Shown here piece after piece: positions 40,984 to 50,169 of a stretch of 64,000 bases of DNA. A program made the position numbers and the translations under genes. A model generated the notes under the pieces. The model was not told where the DNA came from and searched no databases. It saw nothing but the letters and a program-made list of their open reading frames with translations. The number at the start of each line of letters is the position of its first letter. Position 1 is the stretch's first letter. Source of the stretch: an uncultured Gammaproteobacteria bacterium (lineage in GTDB: Bacteria; Patescibacteriota; Patescibacteriia; UBA10025; JAHIVO01); assembly GCA_964592105.1 (NCBI GenBank), contig CAZQBL010000013.1, positions 17,706-81,705 on the forward strand. The letters run 5' to 3'.

Positions 40984-41196
40984 ATGTCAATGAAAAAAAC
41001 AACAATAGCAAAGAATATAAAGAAGTTGCGAAAGCAACGGGGTTTGTCGCAGGACAAATTGTCCAAATTGGCTAATATTTCCCATAATACGATCATAAAA
41101 ATTGAGTCCGGCGCCATACAAAGCCCGACAATGGACACGGCAAGCAAAATCGCCAAAGCCCTTGGCGTTTCGCTTGATGATTTAGTCAACAAATAA
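40984..41196 (+). CDS. XRE-family helix-turn-helix transcriptional regulator (possible R-M controller protein)
   Basis: IKKLRKQRGLSQDKLSKLANISHNTIIKIESG HTH_3 motif; 70 aa; 4 nt before hsdR. Confidence 0.8.
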   Translation: MSMKKTTIAKNIKKLRKQRGLSQDKLSKLANISHNTIIKIESGAIQSPTMDTASKIAKALGVSLDDLVNK

Positions 41197-41200
41197 AATT

Positions 41201-43705
41201 ATGCAAAAAGAAGCCAAGGCCAGAATAAAAATCAATGAGTTGCTTCAAAATGCCGGCTGGAGATTTTTTGATGATGAAAACGGAAAAGCAAATATTGTTT
41301 TGGAAAACAACGCCAAAATCACAAAGCAAGCCATTGATGAATTTGGCAACGATTTTGAAAAAACCAAAAAAGGATTTATTGATTTTTTATTGCTTGATGA
41401 CAAGGGATTTCCACTGGTAGTTTTAGAGGCAAAATCGGAAGACAAAGACCCGCTTGACGGCAAAGAGCAGGCCCGCCGTTATGCCCAATCTCAAAACGCT
41501 CGCTTTATTATACTTTCAAACGGCAATCTTCATTACTTTTGGGATTTGGAACGAGGCAATCCGGCAATTATTACTACTTTCCCAACTTATGAATCTTTGA
41601 AGCATTTGGAAACTTTCAAACCGAGCTTTTCAATTCTTTCAGAGGAAAAAGTTGAAAGCGATTATATTGTTCAAACGCAAAACCCGACTTATCAAAAAGA
41701 TCCTCGATGGATTGATGAAACGCAAAGAGCAGATTTTATCAAAGAGCAAGATTTGAAATTTTTGCGCCCCTATCAATTAGCTGCAGTTCATGCTTTGCAA
41801 AATTCGGCGAAGAAAGGAAATGACCGCTATCTTTTTGAAATGGCGACCGGAACAGGCAAGACACTTGTTTCAGCCGGTGTGATTAAACTTTTTTTGAAAA
41901 CAGGAAACGCTAAAAGAATTTTGTTTTTGGTTGACCGGTTAGAATTGGAAGACCAAGCGTACAAAAATTTCAAAAAAATCCTGCATAACGATTTTAACAG
42001 TGTGATTTACAAAGAAAATCGCGATGACTGGCGAAAGGCGGAAATTGTTGTTTCAACTGTGCAAAGTTTATCGTTTGACAATAAATACAAAAAACTTTTT
42101 TCGCCCACTGATTTTGACTTGATAATTTCTGATGAAGCCCATCGCTCCATTGGCGGAAACAGCCGCGCTGTTTTTGAGTATTTTGTCGGCTATAAATTAG
42201 GGCTTACGGCAACACCGAAAGATTATCTCAAAAACATTGACCCGCAAAAAATCAGCGAAAAAGACCCGCGAGCGTGGGAACGTCGCCAGCTTTTAGACAC
42301 TTACACAACTTTTGGCTGTCCTTCCGGCGAGCCGACTTTCCGTTATAGTTTGCTGGACGGCGTAAAAGACGGCTATCTTGTCAATCCGGTTGTCGCAGAC
42401 GCGAGAACTGAAATCACCACCGAGCTTTTATCCGAAAAAGGTTATGCCTTGATGGTTGAAAATGAGGAAGGCATAGAGGAAGAACAAACCTTTTTTCAAA
42501 AAGATTTCGAACGAAAGTTTTTTTCAGAAAAAACCAATCAGATTTTCTGCAAAACATTTTTGGAAAACGCGCTTAAAGACCCAATCAGCGACGAAATCGG
42601 CAAGAGCATTGTTTTTTGCGTCAACCAAAAACATGCTTCAAAAGTTACCCAAATCTTAAACCAGTTTGCTGATCAACTTTGGCCCGGCAAATATAATTCC
42701 GATTTTGCCGTGCAAGTTACCTCCAATATCAAAGACGCACAGCAATTTACTATCAATTTCGCAAACAACAACTTAAACGGCCAAACAAAATGGCTAGCGG
42801 GCTATAAATCCAGCAAAACCAGAGTTTGCGTAACTGTCGGCATGATGACGACCGGCTACGACTGCCAGGATATTTTGAATCTTTGTTTGATGCGTCCGAT
42901 TTTTTCACCGACTGATTTTATCCAAATTAAAGGACGAGGCACAAGAAAATATACATTTAAATACAAAGATGCTGATAGTGAAGAAATAATAGCAGAAAAA
43001 GAAACTTTTAAACTTTTTGATTTCTTTGCTAATTGTGAATATTTTGAAGAAAAATATAATTATGACCAAGTTTTGCAATTACCGATTAAAACTGGAACAC
43101 GAACGGAGGGCGGCGAAGGTGTTGATATTGACGAGGTGAGCATTTTTAATCCTGATCCGCTCAAAACTTTTTCGGAAAAAGCCGTCGGCCTTGCCGGCAT
43201 GAAAGTTGACTGGAAGCTGTTTGAAAAGTTTGAACAAACTGTAAAAAATGATCCAATAGTTAAGCAAAAATACGAACAAGGAGATATTCAAGGCGTTGAA
43301 GAATATGTCAAAGGGGAAATTTTTGAAAAGCCTGAGGATTACTTCAATCTGGAAAAGCTGCGCAAAGCAGTTAAGGCCGACCGACGCATCACACTTAGAG
43401 AATTTATTGAAAAAATTTTTGGCGGTATAAAGAAATTTAAAACCAAAGACGAGCTTTTGGAAGAAGAATTTGAAAAGTTTGTTGCGATTTACAAGCCAGA
43501 TAATAAATATGCACTGCTTATCAAAAATTATCTCAAGGCGTATATCACTGATCCGGAAATCCGCGACATTGTGGAAACCAAAGAATACAGCCGTTTTGCC
43601 ACTAATCCAAAAGTTACGATGAAAGACTTTCGCGACCTAAACGGCTGGCGAGAAGTTGTGCCGGAATACGTCAAAGATTATGTGTCGCTTAATACTTTTA
43701 TGTAA
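41201..43705 (+). CDS. hsdR: type I restriction enzyme R subunit (HsdR; PD-(D/E)xK N-domain + SF2 helicase + EcoEI_R_C-like tail)
   Basis: N-terminus NELLQNAGW, DFLLLDD...VVLEAK nuclease motif; ATGTGKT (motif I), DEAH; 834 aa. Confidence 0.85.
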   Translation: MQKEAKARIKINELLQNAGWRFFDDENGKANIVLENNAKITKQAIDEFGNDFEKTKKGFIDFLLLDDKGFPLVVLEAKSEDKDPLDGKEQARRYAQSQNARFIILSNGNLHYFWDLERGNPAIITTFPTYESLKHLETFKPSFSILSEEKVESDYIVQTQNPTYQKDPRWIDETQRADFIKEQDLKFLRPYQLAAVHALQNSAKKGNDRYLFEMATGTGKTLVSAGVIKLFLKTGNAKRILFLVDRLELEDQAYKNFKKILHNDFNSVIYKENRDDWRKAEIVVSTVQSLSFDNKYKKLFSPTDFDLIISDEAHRSIGGNSRAVFEYFVGYKLGLTATPKDYLKNIDPQKISEKDPRAWERRQLLDTYTTFGCPSGEPTFRYSLLDGVKDGYLVNPVVADARTEITTELLSEKGYALMVENEEGIEEEQTFFQKDFERKFFSEKTNQIFCKTFLENALKDPISDEIGKSIVFCVNQKHASKVTQILNQFADQLWPGKYNSDFAVQVTSNIKDAQQFTINFANNNLNGQTKWLAGYKSSKTRVCVTVGMMTTGYDCQDILNLCLMRPIFSPTDFIQIKGRGTRKYTFKYKDADSEEIIAEKETFKLFDFFANCEYFEEKYNYDQVLQLPIKTGTRTEGGEGVDIDEVSIFNPDPLKTFSEKAVGLAGMKVDWKLFEKFEQTVKNDPIVKQKYEQGDIQGVEEYVKGEIFEKPEDYFNLEKLRKAVKADRRITLREFIEKIFGGIKKFKTKDELLEEEFEKFVAIYKPDNKYALLIKNYLKAYITDPEIRDIVETKEYSRFATNPKVTMKDFRDLNGWREVVPEYVKDYVSLNTFM

Positions 43706-43736
43706 GTTAGTATGAAAATTATCTAACGGACTAAAT

Positions 43737-46181
43737 ATGCTCACTCAAGAAACCAAAAGAAAAATTGACTCCGCCCGCGATATTTTGGTCGGCAAAGTGC
43801 CGGACCCCAAAGCGCAAGTTGAGCAAATCACCACCGCTTTAATTTACAAGTTTATGGACGATATGGACAAAGAAGCGCAGGAGCTTGGCGGCAAAGCGCG
43901 CTTTTTTACCAACGGCTACGAAAAATACGCGTGGACAAAATTGATGGACGCCAAACTTGGCGGACACGAGCGTCTTGATTTATATCTTGAAGCGATTACT
44001 TTTTTATCTCGCAATCCGCATATCCCCCAGCTTTTCCGCGACATTTTCAAAGACGCATTTTTGCCGTATCGCGACTCCGAAACTCTGAATTTATTTTTGA
44101 AAGAAATTAACGGATTTACTTATGACCATAGCGAAGATTTAGGCGATGCTTTTGAATATCTGCTTTCAATTCTTGGCTCACAAGGCGACGCTGGACAATT
44201 CCGCACGCCACGCCATATTATTGATTTTATTGTGGCGGCGGTTGCTCCGAAAAAAGACGAAACAATATGCGACCCCGCTTGCGGAACGGCTGGATTTTTA
44301 ATTTCTGCCTATAAGCATATTCTGAAAACAAATAAAGAAAAACCCTTGACTCCGGACGAGCGGAAAAAATTGATGGATCATTTTGTCGGCTATGATATTT
44401 CGCCTGATATGGTGCGGCTTTCCAAAGTCAATTTATATCTGCACGGTTTTCCAAACCCAACCATTTTTGAATACGATACACTCACGAGCGAAGAAAAATG
44501 GGAAGACAATTTTGACGTGATGCTGGCCAATCCGCCGTTCATGTCGCCCAAAGGCGGCATCCGCCCGCATAAGAGGTTTTCGGTGCAAGCCAATCGCGCG
44601 GAAGTCCTGTTTGTTGATTATATTTTAGAACATCTAAAACCCAACGGCCGAGCCGGCATTATCGTGCCGGAAGGGATAATTTTTCAATCTGCCAATGCTT
44701 ACAAACAATTGCGTAAAAACTTGATTGAAGACGGCCTTTTTGCCGTTGTCTCTCTGCCGCCGGGCGTCTTTCAGCCGTATTCAGGAGTAAAGACTAGCGT
44801 TTTGCTTTTTGATAATGCTTTAGCTAAGAAAACAAAAGACCTTTTATTTTTGAAAATTAAAAACGACGGCTATGACCTTGGCGCGCAAAGGCGGGAAATA
44901 GATAAAAATGATTTGCCGTTAGCGTTAGAAATAATCAAAAAATACAAAAACGCATTAAAAGAAAGCAATGAATTTAAATTGAACGAGAAGCAGGCAAAAA
45001 TCGCTCATCTTGTTGCCAAAGAAAAAATTGCTCAAAGTGGTGATTATAATCTTTCTGGAGATAGATACATAGAAACTGTGAATTTCGTCAATCAAAAATG
45101 GCCATTGGTGGAGTTGCAAAAAGTTACTAAGATTGATTGGGGTAACACTGAACTAACGAAGAAATCTTATATTAAGAATGGTGAATTTCTCGGTGTGAGC
45201 GCTACCGGCGCTGATGGTCGAATTAATCATTTTGAGCACGAAGTTGGTGTTACTGTTCTGTCTGCAATCGGCGCAAATTGTGGTAAGGTATTTTATCCGA
45301 CCGAAAAATTTACTGCTATAAAAAATACAATCACTATTACGCCTGATAGTAAGAAATTGAAGCCAAAATTTCTGTTCTACATAATGAAAAGTAATACCTT
45401 GCCTAAACGAGGTGGCGGTCAACCTTTTATGTCAAAAGGTGATGTTGAAAAGTATAAAATCCCCCTTCCGCCGCTTGAAGTTCAAAAAGAAATCGTTGAG
45501 CAAATTGAAGTAAAACAAAAAGCCATTGAAGCCGCCAAAGCGGTAATTGAAAATCTTGAGAGAGAGAGACGCTATTTTGGCCAGTCACTTAGGAAATTAG
45601 AAGATGTTGAGTGGGTAGAGTTAGAAAAAGTTGCTAACTTTTTTGAAGATGGTAATTGGATTGAGAGCAAGGATCAAGCAGACAACGGTATAAGACTTAT
45701 TCAAACTGGAAATATCGGCATAGGCGAGTATTTAGATAAAGCAGAAAAATCGCGCTTCGTTTCCGAAAATACATTCAAGAAATTAAAGTGTACAGAAATT
45801 TTTGAAGGTGATATTTTAATTTCGCGATTACCCGATCCAGTTGGTCGTGCTTGTTTGCTACCAAAATTAGAAACAAGAGCGATCACAGCAGTTGATTGTA
45901 CTATTGTTAGATTTGACAATAAAAAAGTTATTCCGAAATTCTTCCTATTATATTCAATGACTGGTGATTATTTTAGTAGTCTTGCTCAATACTTAACCGG
46001 TGCAAGTAGGCAAAGGATAAGTCGTCTTAATTTAGGAAAGGTTAAAATCCCACTCCCACAGCTTGAAGTCCAAAAACAGCTGGTTGCAGATATGGAAGAG
46101 CAGGAAAAAATCATTGAGGTGAATAAAAAATTGATAAAGATATTGGAGCAAAAAATTTCTGATGTTTTAAGAGAAATATAG
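43737..46181 (+). CDS. fused type I R-M methyltransferase-specificity protein (HsdM N6-adenine MTase + two HsdS target-recognition domains)
   Basis: GQFRTPRHII, DPACGTAGFL (motif I), NPPF (motif IV); C-terminal half has two TRDs each followed by conserved coiled-coil spacer (PLPPLEVQKEIV... / IPLPQLEVQKQLV...). Confidence 0.85.
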   Translation: MLTQETKRKIDSARDILVGKVPDPKAQVEQITTALIYKFMDDMDKEAQELGGKARFFTNGYEKYAWTKLMDAKLGGHERLDLYLEAITFLSRNPHIPQLFRDIFKDAFLPYRDSETLNLFLKEINGFTYDHSEDLGDAFEYLLSILGSQGDAGQFRTPRHIIDFIVAAVAPKKDETICDPACGTAGFLISAYKHILKTNKEKPLTPDERKKLMDHFVGYDISPDMVRLSKVNLYLHGFPNPTIFEYDTLTSEEKWEDNFDVMLANPPFMSPKGGIRPHKRFSVQANRAEVLFVDYILEHLKPNGRAGIIVPEGIIFQSANAYKQLRKNLIEDGLFAVVSLPPGVFQPYSGVKTSVLLFDNALAKKTKDLLFLKIKNDGYDLGAQRREIDKNDLPLALEIIKKYKNALKESNEFKLNEKQAKIAHLVAKEKIAQSGDYNLSGDRYIETVNFVNQKWPLVELQKVTKIDWGNTELTKKSYIKNGEFLGVSATGADGRINHFEHEVGVTVLSAIGANCGKVFYPTEKFTAIKNTITITPDSKKLKPKFLFYIMKSNTLPKRGGGQPFMSKGDVEKYKIPLPPLEVQKEIVEQIEVKQKAIEAAKAVIENLERERRYFGQSLRKLEDVEWVELEKVANFFEDGNWIESKDQADNGIRLIQTGNIGIGEYLDKAEKSRFVSENTFKKLKCTEIFEGDILISRLPDPVGRACLLPKLETRAITAVDCTIVRFDNKKVIPKFFLLYSMTGDYFSSLAQYLTGASRQRISRLNLGKVKIPLPQLEVQKQLVADMEEQEKIIEVNKKLIKILEQKISDVLREI

Positions 46182-46183
46182 TT

Positions 46184-47914
46184 ATGTTTATCAAATCCCT
46201 TACAATCAAAAATTTTCGCTGTTTCGGAAAAGGAACGGACGAAAAAGGCACAACAATAAACTTAAATAATGGCTTAACCGCTTTTATCGGCAGAAACGGA
46301 AGCGGCAAAACTGCTATTTTGGAAGCGTTGAATTTTTTAATCGGCTCGGATTATTTGCCGACAAAAATTAATGAGAAAGATTTTAACAGTGACGCAAAAG
46401 ATATAAAAGACGAGATTGTAATTGAGGGCGAGACGGAAAAGCCGTTTTTTGCAACACTTGATGTTCGCTCAAACACCAATCAGCTTGAAACAATTATTAT
46501 TCCCTGCAATAAAATCAAGCTCACGATTAAGCGGCGAGAAAAACCGGAAAAGGTTTTAGACGATCCTTTTATCATCAATAAGTATGTTTTGCCGATTGTT
46601 GGCGATATTGATGAGAGTATTTTTGAAGAAGATGAAAAAGCGCGCAAAGCCTCTAGGATTGACCAAATCAAAGAAGGTTATACCGTTTTTTACAAACTTA
46701 AAGACGGGCAAGAGCGTAATGCCAAAGTAATAAGTTATCAGCTTACTTACAATCCAAATCGCCTGACAAAATGTCCAAAATCTTACTATCTCTCAAAGGA
46801 CAGAGACGATGATGTTGCCGGCAATTATTCTCTTATCGCGAAAATTTTAACCGACCTGCATTGGAAGTATAAGAAAAAGCAGGCAGGCGGCGAAAATACG
46901 ATTTCCTGCGAATATAACACGCTTGCCGGATCGTTACGGGGCATTGTGGACGAAAAGAGCATATTGATTAACAGAATAAACGAAAAAGTAAAAGCGATTT
47001 GTTGCGATGACAAAAATTTTCAGATTGATTTTATTGATATTGACCAACCTTACAAATCAGCTTTTGTCGCAAAAAAGGAAGGCAAAAAATTGCTTTTGCC
47101 TGACAATCTTGGCTCTGGTTTTAACATCTTGATTGCTTACGCTCTTTTTGCGTATGTCGCCGACCAAGAGAAAATCCCTATTGTTTTGATTATTGACGAG
47201 CCGGAACTGCATATGCATAGCGACTGGCAAAAGAAAATGTATGAGGTTTTTACCAAACAAACCGATCTGCAATTCGTTTATTCCACCCAATCTGAAAATT
47301 TTATTTCGTTGAAAAACTGGAAACAAATCCGTTCAATTTCAGATTTTCAAGTTTTTCCAAAAAAGGAGATTTTACAAGAGCAGATCACCGCAACAGATGG
47401 ACAAAATGGAACAAGGGCGGATTATCTTGATGATTACGCAACAAAAAATTTGCATATCAGTACAATATTGCGCGAAAATCTTGAGTTATTTTTTGCCAAA
47501 AAATGCGTTTTGGTCGAAGGCCCGTCGGAAAAATATGGCTTGCCGAAACTTTTGAAACTTTCCAGCTGTGATGTTGATAATTTTTCTGTTTCAATAATTC
47601 CGGCGTGGGGCAAAACGAAAATCAAAAATTATCAAATGATTTGTAAAGTTTTTGGCATAGATTACTTTACGATTTATGACAATGATAAAGCGGAAGACGA
47701 TGAACCGACAAACGAAAACACAGCGATTGAAAATAACGCCGAAAATGGAAAGAAGACAAGATTTTCAACAAGTTTTGAGGCAAAACTGGGAGTAACCGGG
47801 GAGAGTAAATTTCAAAAGTTGGTGAAAAAGATTGATGAGATAACCGATACAAACTCTTTGGATCAAGAAATTAAAACTTGTTTGAGCAACCTAAAAACCT
47901 TTATTGAAAGCTAA
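46184..47914 (+). CDS. OLD-family nuclease (N-terminal ABC/AAA_15-type ATPase + C-terminal Toprim)
   Basis: Walker A GRNGSGKTAILEAL; Toprim VLVEGPSEKYGLPKLL ... YDNDKAED; start 3 nt after hsdMS stop. Confidence 0.8.
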   Translation: MFIKSLTIKNFRCFGKGTDEKGTTINLNNGLTAFIGRNGSGKTAILEALNFLIGSDYLPTKINEKDFNSDAKDIKDEIVIEGETEKPFFATLDVRSNTNQLETIIIPCNKIKLTIKRREKPEKVLDDPFIINKYVLPIVGDIDESIFEEDEKARKASRIDQIKEGYTVFYKLKDGQERNAKVISYQLTYNPNRLTKCPKSYYLSKDRDDDVAGNYSLIAKILTDLHWKYKKKQAGGENTISCEYNTLAGSLRGIVDEKSILINRINEKVKAICCDDKNFQIDFIDIDQPYKSAFVAKKEGKKLLLPDNLGSGFNILIAYALFAYVADQEKIPIVLIIDEPELHMHSDWQKKMYEVFTKQTDLQFVYSTQSENFISLKNWKQIRSISDFQVFPKKEILQEQITATDGQNGTRADYLDDYATKNLHISTILRENLELFFAKKCVLVEGPSEKYGLPKLLKLSSCDVDNFSVSIIPAWGKTKIKNYQMICKVFGIDYFTIYDNDKAEDDEPTNENTAIENNAENGKKTRFSTSFEAKLGVTGESKFQKLVKKIDEITDTNSLDQEIKTCLSNLKTFIES

Positions 47915-48004
47915 ATTTTGATAGAATGATAGCTAGCTGAACCCACCCACTGTCCAATTTAAAGTCCCGCCGCCGTCCGAAAAAACGCTTTCGGGTTTCC
48001 AGCA

Positions 48005-48098
48005 GGCGGGCAAAAAGGAAGGGGGTCTGGAGGAAGGAATTTTTGCCCGCCCGCCGTTTCTGGGTGGGGGTGGGTGTGCGCCGCCGAAGGCGACGCAC
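48005..48098. repeat. right GC-rich flank repeat incl. 11-bp-stem hairpin GCGGGCAAAAA...TTTTTGCCCGC (loop with GGAAGG x2) and hairpin GTGCGCCGCCGAAGGCGACGCAC
   Basis: Inverted imperfect copy of left flank 40698-40761. Confidence 0.5.
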
Positions 48099-48264
48099 AA
48101 GTCAGTCAAAGTTTTGCTCAAAATAGGTTCGCACCTCGTCCAATAATTGCGACCAAGTTAAACATTGCGAAATTGAAAAACTTTACTTATTTTATTATAT
48201 TATAGAAATATTACAAAATTTTACCAATACGAAACCCGCTTATAATTTAGCGGGTTTTAAAAAA

Positions 48265-48300
48265 TTATAAAAAATACCGCCCGTAAAATTAACAGGCGGT
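48265..48300 (-). terminator. rho-independent terminator downstream of 48318..48503 gene
   Basis: minus-strand CCGCC-loop-GGCGG followed by TATTTTTT. Confidence 0.45.
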
Positions 48301-48317
48301 AAATTAGCTGAAATGAA

Positions 48318-48503
48318 CTATTTATCCAGTACTACCTCCACTTTGAAATTGCAAGAATTTGCCCCTGAACATCGTAATTCAACTTTGTTGCCAGCCATTG
48401 GGTCGTGATACGCCAACACGTACTCTATCACGCCTTTTTGGCACTTGGGACAAATTCTTCCCACGAACTTCCTGGCTTTGACTGCGCTCATTTGACTACA
48501 CAT
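48318..48503 (-). CDS. small zinc-ribbon protein
   Basis: 61 aa, CPKC...CSGANSC spacing. Confidence 0.35.
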   Translation of the reverse strand: MCSQMSAVKARKFVGRICPKCQKGVIEYVLAYHDPMAGNKVELRCSGANSCNFKVEVVLDK

Positions 48504-48741
48504 TGCTGGCCTCCTTATCTAATGTTTATTTGGATAAAAATGTACGAAAATACAAAAAAACTAGCCGCATGATGGCTAGTCGGTGTCTTACTAAAAAACT
48601 ACTGGCTAACCATCAGGCAGCTAGATAATAATAATGGCCAAAATAAGCCCTGATTTGGGAAAATTTTCCATTCCTATTTTATTTTGGGGCTTATTTTCAT
48701 CCATATTACATATTAATTATAAACAAATAAAATAATAAGTC

Positions 48742-48775
48742 AAAAAAATACCCATGAAATAGCATCCATGGGTAT
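48742..48775 (-). terminator. rho-independent terminator
   Basis: minus-strand ATACCCATG-loop-CATGGGTAT followed by TTTTTTT. Confidence 0.55.
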
Positions 48776-48789
48776 TTAAAGAGCAAAAA

Positions 48790-49461
48790 TTAATATTTAC
48801 GCAGACGAAACGTCTCGAAATAGGGCAGATAGTAGTCGTCAAGACACATTTTTATGTCGTAATTATCGACGCCCGTCTCTGGTGTTTGTTGATAAATTCG
48901 TACGTCCGTGTTACCCAACAGCAATCTAACCCACCAGCTGGTCGAATACCACTTCAACATCGGGGCAAGCTGATTGATGCTTTCGTTATGCCTACCAAAT
49001 AAAAGCTCAACATGTAGTCGTCATCATCTGTTCCGCAGTCATCACCAGGAGCATCCATATAGCAATTCGGTCCGACTTCATAAAGTAAACCGCTTTGCGT
49101 ATCACGTTGCTCGACTATTTCATGCAACCAATATTGAGTCCAGTAAACCCCCACAGTCAGGCAAAGAAAGCAATAAAGGCGGCGGATCGACAGGTTTTAC
49201 GTCAAACGGGTAGATTTTCTTCCCAACTATATCTTGCCTAACTAAGTCCTGTAACTCTTCGGAAAGAGAGTAGAAATAGACAGTATCACTTTTCAGTAGG
49301 CGATCCACCGCATAAGAAACTTTTTCTGCGGCCGTTTTTGAATCGGCCGTTGAAGCAACAAGGTTGCTGTCGTTATCTTTGTTATTACATCCGATGAATA
49401 TAATAACAAAAGTTGACAGAAATAAACCAAAAACTGCTTTCGCGTGCTGAAACACGGCCAA
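48790..49461 (-). pseudogene. lipoprotein gene apparently split into three frames
   Basis: Signal peptide + lipobox-like FIGCNN at 49461 frame; two further overlapping ORF segments (49154..48954; 48960..48790) in other frames, same strand, ending at a terminator. Confidence 0.3.
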
Positions 49462-49569
49462 TCCTCCAATAATTTTTGTTTAAAAACGTTTCACGCATTA
49501 CCTCCAACAAATTTTTCCTTTCACCTCCTTTCATTTACTGTCAAATCAAAGAACAACAAAAAATAATAA

Positions 49570-50109
49570 TCACATATCCCAGCCTGTATATCCCGTATCG
49601 CCAAAAACAGATTCAGCTTCGGACAAATTATCTTCTGTCGAGTATTCTGGGTATAATCCTGACTGGGTAATAACAATTATTATCAAATTCTGATCGGCTT
49701 TTGAAAGATTATTAAAACTTTCGAGCTCTTTTCGTTTAATCAAGTCGTCGGCAATTGCGCTCACCTGCTGATCCGTCAACGTGGTCTTCAGAAGTGATAA
49801 AGACTCCGAATCTAAATTAATTTTCCTTTCAACAATTTTGTCTACTACAAAATCACGATCTGCTTTTGCCAATAAATAAAACTCGGTCGCATTATTTTTT
49901 AAAAGTTGATCGATAACCTTTTGAGCACTTTCATCAGACAAAGTAATATCACTAGACGCATTCTGGTTAAAACGGTAATAAGCACTTACGGATAAAAAAA
50001 CTACAATAATTACCAAAATTAGTGTCCACAATTTTCGAGGATTCCCTTGTTTTATAACATTTTTAAACTTGTTTGAGCTCATATTTGATAATTCAATTAT
50101 AAACATCAC
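49570..50109 (-). CDS. secreted/anchored hypothetical protein
   Basis: N-terminal TM; ORF only. Confidence 0.4.
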   Translation of the reverse strand: MMFIIELSNMSSNKFKNVIKQGNPRKLWTLILVIIVVFLSVSAYYRFNQNASSDITLSDESAQKVIDQLLKNNATEFYLLAKADRDFVVDKIVERKINLDSESLSLLKTTLTDQQVSAIADDLIKRKELESFNNLSKADQNLIIIVITQSGLYPEYSTEDNLSEAESVFGDTGYTGWDM

Positions 50110-50169
50110 CGTAAATTTATCAAAAAAACCGCCACGGAGATAAATACCGTGGCGTTTTTTAAAAAAATT

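Larger units (their letters stand above)
40659..48160. mobile_element. tRNA-Pro-associated genomic island (integrase-less) carrying a restriction-modification/OLD defence operon
   Basis: 11-bp direct repeat CGACCAAGTTA at tRNA 3' end (40648-40658) and at 48150-48160 with degenerate T-arm copy (GGTTCGCACCTCGTCC); GC-rich inverted-repeat flanks; AT-richer cargo. Confidence 0.55.

Noticed and set aside
47901-48121. 65-aa and 62-aa minus-strand ORFs in the right island flank
   Set aside because: Arg/Pro-rich translation of the GC-rich inverted-repeat and hairpin region; no start context; overlaps the hairpins
40659-48160. Searched the island for an integrase/recombinase or transposase
   Set aside because: All four large ORFs are accounted for (XRE, HsdR, HsdMS, OLD). 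No tyrosine/serine recombinase or DDE motifs seen. The element is therefore called integrase-less.
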